From: Marispirochaeta sp.
GTDB taxonomy: Bacteria > Spirochaetota > Spirochaetia > JC444 > Marispirochaetaceae
Length of the DNA stretch: 64,000 bases
Reading direction: 5' to 3'
Assembly: GCA_963676835.2 (NCBI GenBank)
Contig: CAXXFF010000002.1
Span: 576,001 to 640,000, forward strand
The notes below the pieces were generated by a model, which saw only the letters and a list, made by a program, of their open reading frames with translations, did no database searches and was not told the origin of the DNA. The position numbers and the translations under genes are program-made. Every line of letters begins with the position of its first letter. Position 1 is the stretch's first letter. Positions 1 through 9,821 of the stretch are shown in pieces.

Positions 1-1
1 G

Positions 2-988
2 ACACCCAGTATTTCACTGGCCAGGATATCTGTGAACGGTGCATCCGGCACAGGCGGCACGTTTATTACCGGTGATACAGTAAGCTGTTCCTGGAGTGCA
101 ACCGCAGACGGCGACACAGATATAGATTCTGTAGATTTTGATTTCTCCGACTTCGGCGGAGGCAGTGTTTCCGGTACCTTCTCCAGCGGCAGCTGGTCAG
201 CATCATATACATTAATTGAGGGGTCTATAGATACCACCACTGCTGTGGTTTCCCTGACTGCTGAGGATGACGCCGGTCTTACAGACATACAGGACAGTAA
301 TCAGGTTTCTGTGGATACCGACACCCCGGAAATAACCCTGCCCAATATTTCGGTCAGTGGTGCCAGCGGTTCCGGCGGCGAGTTCCTTGCAGGCGATACA
401 GTTACCGTGACATGGGATGCCGCATCAGATGGTTTTTCAGACATAGATTCAGTGGAATTTGACTTTTCCGATTTCGGCGGAGGCACCCAAACAGATTCAA
501 GTTCTACCGGAGGCTGGTCCTCTACTTACACCCTTTTATCCGGTTCTATAGAATCTGCAGCCGCTGTAATCTCCCTTACAGCCGAAGATGATGCAGGCCT
601 TACCAGCAGTTCTTCAGACAGCAGTAACCAGGCAGTGGATAACCAACTCCCCACCATAACCGGCGGCTCCGTTAACATCACCGACACATCAATCATCGTC
701 ACCTTTTCAGAAGCCGCATATTCAGCAGCAGACGGCAGTGGTGATCTTGTTGCTGCAGATTTCGACATTTCAATCAGCGGAACCGGTGCTACCGACGCCT
801 CCATCACTTCTGTATCACATACTGAAGGAGACTCCAGTGCGACTCTGACCATCAGCTACACCGGCACACAGACAGCAGATAATGATATAATAATTACACC
901 CGCTGACGGCGCATCGGTTTATGATCAGGCGGGGAATCCCATGGACGCAGCACAAACAACCGGCACAATCGATCTGACAGGAAGTTAA
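2..988 (+). CDS. C-terminal part of a large acidic Ser/Thr/Asp-rich surface protein with tandem ~107-108 aa Ig-like repeats (starts upstream of the window)
   Basis: Frame is open from base 2. Two clear repeats (TP.I....ISV.GASG.GG.F..GDTV...W....DG..DIDSV.FDFSDFGGG...W...YTL..GSI....A...LTAEDDAGLT), then a final beta-rich domain ending VYDQAGNPM. Confidence 0.75.
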   Translation, partial: TPSISLARISVNGASGTGGTFITGDTVSCSWSATADGDTDIDSVDFDFSDFGGGSVSGTFSSGSWSASYTLIEGSIDTTTAVVSLTAEDDAGLTDIQDSNQVSVDTDTPEITLPNISVSGASGSGGEFLAGDTVTVTWDAASDGFSDIDSVEFDFSDFGGGTQTDSSSTGGWSSTYTLLSGSIESAAAVISLTAEDDAGLTSSSSDSSNQAVDNQLPTITGGSVNITDTSIIVTFSEAAYSAADGSGDLVAADFDISISGTGATDASITSVSHTEGDSSATLTISYTGTQTADNDIIITPADGASVYDQAGNPMDAAQTTGTIDLTGS

Positions 989-994
989 ACCATA

Positions 995-3900
995 ATGGAT
1001 GTAAAAAAAAGGCTGTTTCGTTTCCTCGCCACCGCCGGATTATCAGCGGTGGCTCTACTCGCAGGCTGCCGCCGTAATGAAGCTGCCCTGGAAACAGCCT
1101 TACCCGACAAAGATGCCCCCCCTATCGGGACAAGCAGCCAGCCCTACGAACCGGAATCGGTACCCAGGCCTGAAATTGCCGCCACAGAATCTGACAAAAG
1201 TCCTCCACCTGTGGTTTCGCAGATAGAATCACCGGCAGAGACTGCTGCTTCGGTAAAATCGGCAGACCGACCGCAGACTCCATCGGTAATAGCCTCTGAT
1301 ATCACAGCGAAGCAGTCAGTCTACACACCACCGATAATAGCCGCCGATGACGAATGGCCGTTAATGGGAATAGCCAGACCCTATACAGGCGAACTGCAGA
1401 AGCCGAAAGCACCGGCAACAGTCCGACCGCAGCCACAGCCCAAACCGGTACCAGTTCCGGTTATCCCCAAACCGGATCCAATTCTGCCGCCCCAGAAACC
1501 GGCATCTTTTATTAAACCGGAGCCGGAACCTGAGCCTGTAACACCCCAAAAAGAAGAAGAGATCCTTGCAGGACCATTCTTTGAAATAGAAACACCCCTT
1601 TCCGGCAGCTACTATTCAGAAGAGATCATTCTCAAGGGAAAAGTCAGTAACAGCTCTGAGCAGACAGACGAAACAGATAATGTCCTTGGTCTGTACTGGG
1701 CACCGGAAGATGACCCGGAAAATATACGCTATATACTGTTTAACGAAGACGGAACCTTCACCTCATTTATCGATGCTTCCCGTTTTTCCGGTGCACTCAG
1801 ACTGGTATTTACCGCAGAAGACATGCAGCATAATAAGAGTATCCGTAGTATTACCCTCAAAGATGGACGCATTCCTCCGCAAATTAATCTTGAAACCCCG
1901 AAACAGGGTGATTCCTATGGTCCGGCCTTCTATATAAGCGGTACTGTTTCCGATCCTTATGCAGCCGATCCAGCTTTCGGCGAGATCGAAAAGGTAGAAT
2001 ACACACTGTCATCCCTTCTCTACCAGGAGAACGAAGAGGACCTAACCGGATCAGTAGTCCCCGGGAGTGACGGCACTTTTTCCTTTGCAGTTGATTCTTC
2101 CAGCCTTCAGGGTGTTCAGCAGCTGGAAGTCCGTGCTGTCGGCAATAACGGCGTTTCAACCCTGGCAGCCCTTACACTTAATCAGGGAGAAGCTGTAATA
2201 AATAAGTTTACCGCTGTTCCCGCAGACAGTTCCGCCCTTGTCTCCTGGCTGGAACTCCCATTCGTCGACAAGTATACAATAACCTGGACTCCATATTCCG
2301 GAGGAGTTCAGACAGGTCCGTCACTGTCAGCAACAGCCGCGTCCTCTCCTGCCCGTCTGGAACCACTGGAAAACGGTCTGAATTATCAAATTCGGGTCGA
2401 CACAGAAATAAACGGTAAACTGATAAGCAGCCGGAGCATACAGCTTCTGCCTCTTACAGCGGAAGACCTTCGTCCATCTCTTGTACCCGACTATCAGCGG
2501 ATTACTGTTCAGTGGAAACCGGTTCCCGGCGCAGGAGCATATGATGTTTTGCGGTCTACAAACCCGGACGGTACCAATGCTGAAATCCTTGCTACAGGCA
2601 TCGAAGAATCAAGTTTTATCGATTACACAAGTGAATTCGGAACTACCTACTATTATGCTGTTCAGCCATCCGACACTATCAGCATTTGCAGCCTTTTCTC
2701 CGCCGCGGAAAGCCTTGAGTCGCCGGTTCAGAAGCTTGAAGTGGTCAACCGGACACCACAGTTCACCAAAGGACGCCTTTTCTCTCTTGGAGGCTACATC
2801 TACTATGCAGACACCGACGGCGGACTTAATATCATCGATGTCTCCCTACCTGGCAGTCTTACCCCGGTAGGCTCAATAGAGACAGAAGGTGCGTCAGGTC
2901 TAACTGTAAGCAAAGACTACGCATTTCTTGCAGAACGGGAACGGGGTTATAAGATAATCAACATAAGTGACCCCAGGTCACCTTATGAGGTGAACCGCAC
3001 AAAAACATCAAACGCAATGGATGCAGCCTGGTTTAATGATGTACTATATATAGCCGACGGCGAAACCGGCTTAAAGGTATTCGATGTCTCCGACCCCCTC
3101 TATCCTTCCGAAGCGTACAGGGTTCTTCTCCCGGAAACACGGAAAGTACTGGTTTCCGGCGAAACCCTGTTTGTATTAACCGCTGAAAATCTCCGGATCT
3201 ATTCCTGTCAGAACCCGTTAAGGCCTGAAGAATTGTCAGTTCTGCCTCTGAAAAACCCTGAGGATATCGCTTTAAGTGAGAACGGCAGCACAGTATACAT
3301 TATTCAAAACAGAACAGCCCTGATAATCGCCGATGTCCAGGACTCCACAACCCCTCAGCTGCTCACTTCAATTGATCTGCCAGGCGCCCTGAATATAGAT
3401 GTGCAGCGTGATTTTGCCTTTATTTCTCTGGGCGACCAGGGCTTTCAGGTTATTGATGTCCGGGACCCGGCGTCGCCTTATCTCTTTGATCAGGAAAAGA
3501 TGAGCAGCGTTACCGATCTGGCCCTGAACGGAACGACTCTTTTTACCTGCGGAGCCGAAGGCATTCAGCGCTACTCTGCCTATCTCTACGGTAACTCCTA
3601 TGAAACAGCCCAGATTAAACTGGACAATGTGGTTCACAGCCTGACACTTACCGGTAAAACTCTCTATGCCGCCAAAAACGAAGCAGGTATGTCTGCAGTT
3701 TCTCTGGAAAGCGCCGATTTCTCCGCCGTATCAGAAGTCCCTTTCTGGCGGGGATATGCCTCAGACAGCCTGCAGCTTTCAGACTATACTCTGGTCGCCG
3801 CCGGGAAGGACGGGGTTGCTGTATTCAGTTCGAAAGAAAATACCGGCAGTCCGGTTTTTATCGCCGCAACGGAAAATTCTGCTGTCCGTATTGCAGATGC

Positions 3901-4507
3901 GGGAAACGGATTTATTGCAGTTCTTAAAGAGGATTCCGGTATCGGATTTTACAACAGCAGGGATTTTTCTGTCCCCGAATCCGGCGGCTTAGCCGTATTA
4001 CCTGCCGAACCCGCAGCATTTATACCTCTCGAGGACCCGAGAGATCTCCTTGTTCACGGGAATATACTTATTGCAGCGGATAATAATCTGGGCCTTCTCA
4101 CCTTCGATATTTCCAGCTGCGACAAACCGGAACTGCTTTTCCCCTTGAAAGTCCCCCATGTAAAAACGCTGACCTCCATCAACGACCTCATCGCTGCCGG
4201 TGGTGCCGACGGCATTGAAATTGTTCAGTTGGAAGATAACGGCAGCCTCACCACTCTTTACTCACTGGATATTCCCATGGTTGAAGGGCTGACCAGCGAC
4301 AGCAGCTACATCTATGTTGCCCAGGGTGTAAATGGGATAAAAGTCATAGACCCCTTCGCCCAGAGAGGCCCCCGGGTGGTCAGCGAATCCCCCTGGATAT
4401 ATTCAACAGATATAGTTATCGATGGAAGTACTGCGTACTCGGCATCAGGAAACATAATTAGAAAAGTACATATAGTAGTTCCCCCCTGGCTTAAAAGCAG
4501 AGATTAA
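995..4507 (+). CDS. Large lipoprotein: Pro-rich linker, Ig/FN3-like domains, C-terminal LVIVD-type beta-propeller repeats
   Basis: Lipobox LLAGC (Cys25). P-rich 130-185 region. FN3-like ITVQWKPVPGAGAYDVLRS...TYYYAV. Repeated YIADG..GL.V.DVSDP..P motifs. Confidence 0.75.
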   Translation: MDVKKRLFRFLATAGLSAVALLAGCRRNEAALETALPDKDAPPIGTSSQPYEPESVPRPEIAATESDKSPPPVVSQIESPAETAASVKSADRPQTPSVIASDITAKQSVYTPPIIAADDEWPLMGIARPYTGELQKPKAPATVRPQPQPKPVPVPVIPKPDPILPPQKPASFIKPEPEPEPVTPQKEEEILAGPFFEIETPLSGSYYSEEIILKGKVSNSSEQTDETDNVLGLYWAPEDDPENIRYILFNEDGTFTSFIDASRFSGALRLVFTAEDMQHNKSIRSITLKDGRIPPQINLETPKQGDSYGPAFYISGTVSDPYAADPAFGEIEKVEYTLSSLLYQENEEDLTGSVVPGSDGTFSFAVDSSSLQGVQQLEVRAVGNNGVSTLAALTLNQGEAVINKFTAVPADSSALVSWLELPFVDKYTITWTPYSGGVQTGPSLSATAASSPARLEPLENGLNYQIRVDTEINGKLISSRSIQLLPLTAEDLRPSLVPDYQRITVQWKPVPGAGAYDVLRSTNPDGTNAEILATGIEESSFIDYTSEFGTTYYYAVQPSDTISICSLFSAAESLESPVQKLEVVNRTPQFTKGRLFSLGGYIYYADTDGGLNIIDVSLPGSLTPVGSIETEGASGLTVSKDYAFLAERERGYKIINISDPRSPYEVNRTKTSNAMDAAWFNDVLYIADGETGLKVFDVSDPLYPSEAYRVLLPETRKVLVSGETLFVLTAENLRIYSCQNPLRPEELSVLPLKNPEDIALSENGSTVYIIQNRTALIIADVQDSTTPQLLTSIDLPGALNIDVQRDFAFISLGDQGFQVIDVRDPASPYLFDQEKMSSVTDLALNGTTLFTCGAEGIQRYSAYLYGNSYETAQIKLDNVVHSLTLTGKTLYAAKNEAGMSAVSLESADFSAVSEVPFWRGYASDSLQLSDYTLVAAGKDGVAVFSSKENTGSPVFIAATENSAVRIADAGNGFIAVLKEDSGIGFYNSRDFSVPESGGLAVLPAEPAAFIPLEDPRDLLVHGNILIAADNNLGLLTFDISSCDKPELLFPLKVPHVKTLTSINDLIAAGGADGIEIVQLEDNGSLTTLYSLDIPMVEGLTSDSSYIYVAQGVNGIKVIDPFAQRGPRVVSESPWIYSTDIVIDGSTAYSASGNIIRKVHIVVPPWLKSRD

Positions 4508-4540
4508 AAGCAGAGTATAAAAAATGTATGGAGTCAAACT

Positions 4541-5230
4541 ATGCCCTCAATGTATGAAATCTATCAAAGTCACGCACCAAAATACGATGAACTGGTAAAT
4601 GCGGAAGATTACCGGCATAACCTGCGCAGCTGGCTCAGAGCCAACATCGAATGGAACGGAAAACAGGTAGTGGAAGCCGGAATTGGTACCGGAAGAATCA
4701 CCCGGTTTTATATAGACCTTGTCGAAGCAGTTTTCGGTTATGACCGAGAGTCACATATGCTTGAGCAGTGCAGGGAGAACCTCAAAGAGTTCTCAGAAAA
4801 TCTCCATCTGGAAAAACAGGAAAACATGCAGCTTAAAGCTAACCCTGCGGATATATTCATAGAAGGGTGGAGCTTCGGGCATACCATTATCCAGAACGAA
4901 GATACTTTCAGCTCAGCTGTCCCTCAATTGATGGACCGTATTTTCAGTTGTGTAAAACCCGGTGGAACCATAATTATTGTTGAATCGGAAGGAACTAACG
5001 TAGACGCCCCAAAGGTAAAAACTCCCTGTCTCTCCCGTTTTTATCATGTACTGGAAAACGAGTATGGTTTTACCCATACAACCATAAGCACAGATTACCG
5101 CTTTTCTTCCATTGAGGAAGCAAGCCGCATAATGGGTTTCTTTTTTGGTGATGCAATGGGAGAAGATATTCTTCGTCAGAAACGTACTGTTATCCCAGAG
5201 TATACCGGCATCTATACAAGGAAAATTTAA
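4541..5230 (+). CDS. Class I SAM-dependent methyltransferase
   Basis: Motif I VVEAGIGTGR; VKPGGTIIIVE. Confidence 0.8.
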   Translation: MPSMYEIYQSHAPKYDELVNAEDYRHNLRSWLRANIEWNGKQVVEAGIGTGRITRFYIDLVEAVFGYDRESHMLEQCRENLKEFSENLHLEKQENMQLKANPADIFIEGWSFGHTIIQNEDTFSSAVPQLMDRIFSCVKPGGTIIIVESEGTNVDAPKVKTPCLSRFYHVLENEYGFTHTTISTDYRFSSIEEASRIMGFFFGDAMGEDILRQKRTVIPEYTGIYTRKI

Positions 5231-5347
5231 AGAAACATGTATAACGTTGACTTCGCATAATTATTTAAATCAGGACCCATTGTAAAAACAGTATAAGATG
5301 ATATATTGCCAGATATAAATTGAGAAAAAGTACATAGAGTATAAAAA

Positions 5348-5659
5348 ATGAGTTATCAGGAAATACTTCAGTTTGAGTGGGACGAATCAAAAAATATAAT
5401 CAACCAGAAAAAACATGGCATCTCCTTCTCAGAAGTATTATCTGTTTTTCAGGATTCAAATATTCTCTCCATGTTTGATCCGGATCACTCACAAACCGAA
5501 GAAAGATGGATATCCATGGGAAGAAGTTTAGATGGTAAAATCCTGGTTATTTCTCATACTTTCCGACAAAACAAGGATAATGAAGAGCAAATCAGAATAA
5601 TTTCCGCCCGTTCTGCCACAAAACAGGAAGAAATAGTATATTATAAAGGAGCACTATGA
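5348..5659 (+). CDS. brnT: BrnT family (DUF497) ribonuclease toxin
   Basis: FEWDESKN..N.KKHGISF, EERW, IRIISARSAT motifs. Confidence 0.88.
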   Translation: MSYQEILQFEWDESKNIINQKKHGISFSEVLSVFQDSNILSMFDPDHSQTEERWISMGRSLDGKILVISHTFRQNKDNEEQIRIISARSATKQEEIVYYKGAL

Positions 5660-5937
5660 GAAAGGAATATGATTTTTCCAATGCAAACCGCGGAACTTTT
5701 TATAAACCCGACAAAGGTATAAAAGTCACAGTTAACGTCGATGAAGAAGATATTCAACATCCTCAATTTGAAGTATTTTCGGTTGTTAATGGTAAATTTC
5801 GTTTTCGCCTTAAAAACGACAGCGGGACTGTTTTCACAAGTACAGACTCCTTTTCAACTCAAGAAGACTGTATTGCAGCAATTAATCAGCTCCGACATGC
5901 TTCTGTAATCGCACCAACAATGGTTACATCGGCCTAG
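5656..5937 (+). CDS. Putative antitoxin: BrnA-like N-terminus fused to a YegP/DUF1508-like domain
   Basis: ATGA overlap with brnT. N-terminal MRKEYDFSNANRG.FY. C-terminal FEVF...NGKFRFRLKNDSG....S..F.T..DC..AI. Confidence 0.65.
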   Translation: MRKEYDFSNANRGTFYKPDKGIKVTVNVDEEDIQHPQFEVFSVVNGKFRFRLKNDSGTVFTSTDSFSTQEDCIAAINQLRHASVIAPTMVTSA

Positions 5938-6195
5938 TATTTTTGTAGTTTCCTTTCTCCACTAGGATTGAATATCAATCTACATATCGGCAAAAACGAG
6001 ATCCTCGGTCAGGAAAACGCGAAAGGTCAAGAATGCCCAATGGAGATAATACACCCCTGGTGGAAGTCCTTGACCGCATACGCTCGTACTGGTTTTCAAA
6101 TTTCCTTTTGAATAAGTTTCTACAAATAAACCTGAGATCTTTTGTTTCTCAGGATTATTAATTGTAGAGCTGAGACTTTATCCCCCGGCAGAAAA

Positions 6196-6921
6196 TCAAT
6201 CCGCCGTCGAAATCTGATACTTCTTGTCATGGGCAATCTGCATGTACGAACCAGACATTACATTATCACCGCTTATTGTCATCTCTTTTAATGATTTAAA
6301 GGTAATATAGGTAACTGTAAAATTTTTCAATGTGCCGGCGGGAATAAGCACGGAACCATCAGTTATATCCACAGTACGGATGAAATCCTCACCGGACTGG
6401 GTGGAGACTGAAGAAATAGAAATTACCACCGAATCCGGGCTGCTGGTGTATCCGCTGACATCCCAGGATACCGTAAGGTCAGACTCTTCATCATAGGGAA
6501 AGCTTTTGTCCGCACTAATATTAGCAACACAATCCGGCATGGCAAGGCTTGCAGCGTGGGTGTCACCGGAAAAATCAACATTCAGGGTAACATCATTTCC
6601 AATGCTAACCGGGTCAATCGAACTGTTTGCATAATAGACAATGGCATCGGCAAGAGTCTCTCCATTAACGGTTACAACCGCACCTTCGGTAATGGGACCG
6701 AACTCCCCGTCTTCCCGAACAACCACCTCGGCTCTTATGTTCTCCTCGGATGAGCCGGTTGGCATGTACTGTCGTATTTCAGCGGTAATTTTATACGGAA
6801 CATCTGCAGCTCCGGTGCCGCCCGTTCCTGAGCTGCTATCTGATGTTCCGGCGGATTCGCATCCGGTTGTCAATGCGAAAAAGATAACTACAATGAGAAC
6901 GAATAGACTTGGTTTTTTCAT
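6196..6921 (-). CDS. Hypothetical lipoprotein, beta-rich
   Basis: Signal peptide with lipobox LTTGC (Cys21), followed by a Ser/Gly linker. Confidence 0.7.
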   Translation of the reverse strand: MKKPSLFVLIVVIFFALTTGCESAGTSDSSSGTGGTGAADVPYKITAEIRQYMPTGSSEENIRAEVVVREDGEFGPITEGAVVTVNGETLADAIVYYANSSIDPVSIGNDVTLNVDFSGDTHAASLAMPDCVANISADKSFPYDEESDLTVSWDVSGYTSSPDSVVISISSVSTQSGEDFIRTVDITDGSVLIPAGTLKNFTVTYITFKSLKEMTISGDNVMSGSYMQIAHDKKYQISTAD

Positions 6922-6932
6922 ACTTTCTTCCC

Positions 6933-6967
6933 TTTCTGTTTTTTCTGTTTTTTCTGTTTTTTCTGTT
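6933..6967. repeat. 9-bp tandem repeat (TTTCTGTTT, about 4 copies) in the 5' leader of the lipoprotein gene
   Basis: tttctgttttttctgttttttctgttttttctgtt read directly. Confidence 0.9.
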
Positions 6968-7045
6968 GATGCTTTTTTATATGCATATCTGGTTTACTAA
7001 TTACCAAATAATAGCGCAAAGGTTGTGAAAAATAAATTTTTTTTC

Positions 7046-7837
7046 TTAACTCAGCAGCACCTCATCGTTCTCAAAATCCTTCCTGCGGATTTGATGAAAC
7101 TTATCCACAAGTTTATCCACAGTTAGGTCCTTTTTCTCTTCTCCCTGGATGTCGAGGATAATCTCCCCGGCGTCCAGCATTAAAAGGCGGTTGCCGTACT
7201 CAATGGCATGGGCCATATTGTGGGTAATCATTATGGCGGTAAGCTTATACTCTTCAATAAACCGTTTAGTCAGTTCCAAAACCTTGGCAGCATTGCGGGG
7301 ATCAAGGGCTGCGGTGTGTTCATCCAGCAGAATCAGCGCCGGCCGGGAGAGAACCATCATCAGCAGGGTAAGAGCCTGACGCTGACCGCCGGACAGTAAG
7401 CTGACATTATTCTCAAGACGCTCTTCCAGACCCATATCCAGAACAGTCAGATCCTTTTTAAACTCTTGCCGTAAGCTGTTGTTAAGACTCATCTTAAGAC
7501 CCTTGAAGCCCTTCTTCCGGCTTATGGCCATATTGTCTTCAAGGCTCATATTCCCGGCAGTCCCCAACAGGGGGTTCTGGAAAATCCTGCCGATGTATTT
7601 TGCACGTTTGTATTCCGGAACTTTGGTTACATCTTCATCGTTAACAAAAATTCTGCCTTCGCTGGGAGCATAGGTACCTGCAATCAGGTTAAAGAGGGTA
7701 GATTTTCCGGCTCCGTTGGAACCGATAATGGTAATAAAGTCGCCTTCATTTACGGTAAGGTTAATATTATTCATGGCACGGGTCTCATTTACCGTACCTT
7801 CGTTAAAAACCTTGCTTACACCTTCAAGCCGTATCAT
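7046..7837 (-). CDS. ABC transporter ATP-binding protein
   Basis: Walker A GSNGAGKS, signature LSGGQRQ, Walker B LLDEH. Confidence 0.92.
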   Translation of the reverse strand: MIRLEGVSKVFNEGTVNETRAMNNINLTVNEGDFITIIGSNGAGKSTLFNLIAGTYAPSEGRIFVNDEDVTKVPEYKRAKYIGRIFQNPLLGTAGNMSLEDNMAISRKKGFKGLKMSLNNSLRQEFKKDLTVLDMGLEERLENNVSLLSGGQRQALTLLMMVLSRPALILLDEHTAALDPRNAAKVLELTKRFIEEYKLTAIMITHNMAHAIEYGNRLLMLDAGEIILDIQGEEKKDLTVDKLVDKFHQIRRKDFENDEVLLS

Positions 7838-8727
7838 GCTGCTGCCTTCCTTTTGCCGGTTTTTACTTTGGTAAGAATCAGGGAAAGGATAATCAGCAGT
7901 CCCGTAATCAGTTTAAGGTCATTGGGGGTCATATGGATCATATAGCCGTATAATCGTCCAAGAAACATGATTCCCCGGAAAACTATGGCCCCCAGTACCA
8001 CCCTTACCAGCAGAGGCCAGATCTTGTTGGAACGGATAAAAAACTCACCGATCATCACCGATGCAAGGCCCGAAACAACTATTCCGGTACCGAGATTTAT
8101 ATCCGCAAAGCCCTGATACTGGGCAGCCAGGGCACCGGCAACACCGACCAGTCCATTGGAAAGCCCTACACCGATAATCTTCATTACCTCCGGGTTAACC
8201 CCCTGGGAGATAACCATCTGCTGGTTGTTGCCCATGGCGCCCAGGGTCAGCCCCATATCGGTATGGAAAAAGAGATTCAGCAGAAAAATGATTCCCCCCG
8301 TTACCAGCAGCAGGAAAATCAGCACCGCATACTCACCGGGAATTCCAATTGCCGTACTTAAACGGTTCACAAATGAAAAGGCGGTATCCACATTCATCAG
8401 CGGAACGTTTGCCCGGTTTCCCAGCACCCGGATATTTACCGAGTAAAGCATGGTCATGGTTAGAATTCCCGCCAGCAGGTTGGGGACCTTCAGCTTGTTG
8501 TGAATAACTGCGGTTACAATGCCGGCAAGTATTCCACCCGCAAGGGCCAGAAGCATGGCTGCAAAAATCGGAAGTCCTGCGGTTATGGCAGAAGCAGCTA
8601 TGGCTGCGCCGAAGGGGAAACTGCCGTCCACCGTAAGGTCGGGAAAGTCAAGAATTCTGAAGGTAATAAAAACCCCCAGAGCCAGAATACCGTAAATAAG
8701 TCCTTCGTGGAGAATGCCCTCTATCAC
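7834..8727 (-). CDS. ABC transporter permease (putative Trp/Tyr-type family)
   Basis: Multi-TM protein; FRILDFPDLTVDGSFPFGAA motif; overlaps the ATPase start. Confidence 0.88.
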   Translation of the reverse strand: MIEGILHEGLIYGILALGVFITFRILDFPDLTVDGSFPFGAAIAASAITAGLPIFAAMLLALAGGILAGIVTAVIHNKLKVPNLLAGILTMTMLYSVNIRVLGNRANVPLMNVDTAFSFVNRLSTAIGIPGEYAVLIFLLLVTGGIIFLLNLFFHTDMGLTLGAMGNNQQMVISQGVNPEVMKIIGVGLSNGLVGVAGALAAQYQGFADINLGTGIVVSGLASVMIGEFFIRSNKIWPLLVRVVLGAIVFRGIMFLGRLYGYMIHMTPNDLKLITGLLIILSLILTKVKTGKRKAAA

Positions 8728-8843
8728 GCTGCTGCTCGTTCCTTGTTATCAAGAGTATATGGTTTCACTTTTAAATATGCAGTACCTGTATTTTCAGGCA
8801 AGTGATTCTATCAGAAATAACAGGAAAGAACGACCCTTCACCA

Positions 8844-8864
8844 TATACCCTATACCCTATACCC
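8844..8864. repeat. 7-bp tandem repeat TATACCC x3 in a divergent intergenic region
   Basis: tataccctataccctataccc read directly. Confidence 0.85.
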
Positions 8865-9006
8865 CTCTGGTAATGCCGGTTTTCTCGTTGCTCCAGGATA
8901 TTGCTTCCTGCATCTTTTCTTTCTTCTTTCTTCTTTTTTCTGGCCACTGGATTTTCGATTTGTCAAACTTCTGGACTTTTCAAAGTTCTACGGCTATTTT
9001 CTTTCT

Positions 9007-9810
9007 ATGATAAAATCACCAAAAGAGCTTGCGCTCAACAGAAAAATACTCAAACTCCTGGAGGGAAAGCCCCTAAAGCTCGCAGAAATCCTGATGGATG
9101 ATCCCGAAATTCACGCCATGCAGGAGTACGCTAATACGGTATCCATAAAACGTCTGGGATTTAACGATCACGGCCCGGTACACATGCGCATGGTCCTGCT
9201 CAATGCCGTTACCATGATGGAACTGCTGAAAAAAGCGGGCATAAAAATGAGTCTGGAAGAGGAGGAGATCGGCAGTTTTGAAGACAGTATGGCTGCAGTC
9301 ATGCTTGCCTCATTTCTTCACGACCTGGGAATGACCATAGGCCGGCAGGATCATGAACTTCACAGCACCTATCTTGCCTATCCCATAATCGACCGGATTC
9401 TAAAAGCAATCTACCCGGACAATCTGGAAAAACGGGTTATAGTACGATCCCTCGCAATTGAAGGTATTGTAGGCCATATGGCTCACCATACGGTTCACTC
9501 CCTGGAAGCAGGAATTATCCTGGTTGCTGACGGCTGCGATATGTCCAGAGGCAGAGCGAGAATACCGCTCTTCCTCAACACCGCACCCAAAGTGGGAGAT
9601 ATCCACAAATACTCTGCCAATTCAATAGAAAAGGTGAAGATAGAAGCAGGGGAGGAACTTCCCGTAAAAGTAACGGTCAAAATGTCATCGGAAGTGGGAT
9701 TCTTTCAGGTGGAAGAGGTGCTTATGACAAAAATCGCCTCCTCCACAGCCAAACCCTATATCGAGCTTTATGCCGGTGTGGACGGAGGCGAAATCAAACG
9801 CTACCTGTAA
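9007..9810 (+). CDS. HD-superfamily metal-dependent phosphohydrolase
   Basis: NDHGPVH, FLHDLG, VADGCD motifs. Confidence 0.85.
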   Translation: MIKSPKELALNRKILKLLEGKPLKLAEILMDDPEIHAMQEYANTVSIKRLGFNDHGPVHMRMVLLNAVTMMELLKKAGIKMSLEEEEIGSFEDSMAAVMLASFLHDLGMTIGRQDHELHSTYLAYPIIDRILKAIYPDNLEKRVIVRSLAIEGIVGHMAHHTVHSLEAGIILVADGCDMSRGRARIPLFLNTAPKVGDIHKYSANSIEKVKIEAGEELPVKVTVKMSSEVGFFQVEEVLMTKIASSTAKPYIELYAGVDGGEIKRYL

Positions 9811-9821
9811 AGCCAGTCTAT

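Noticed and set aside
6013..6098. ggtcaag/cttgacc inverted repeat after the TA pair as an IS end or MITE
   Set aside because: Only a 7-bp stem, single copy, with no transposase or target duplication visible.
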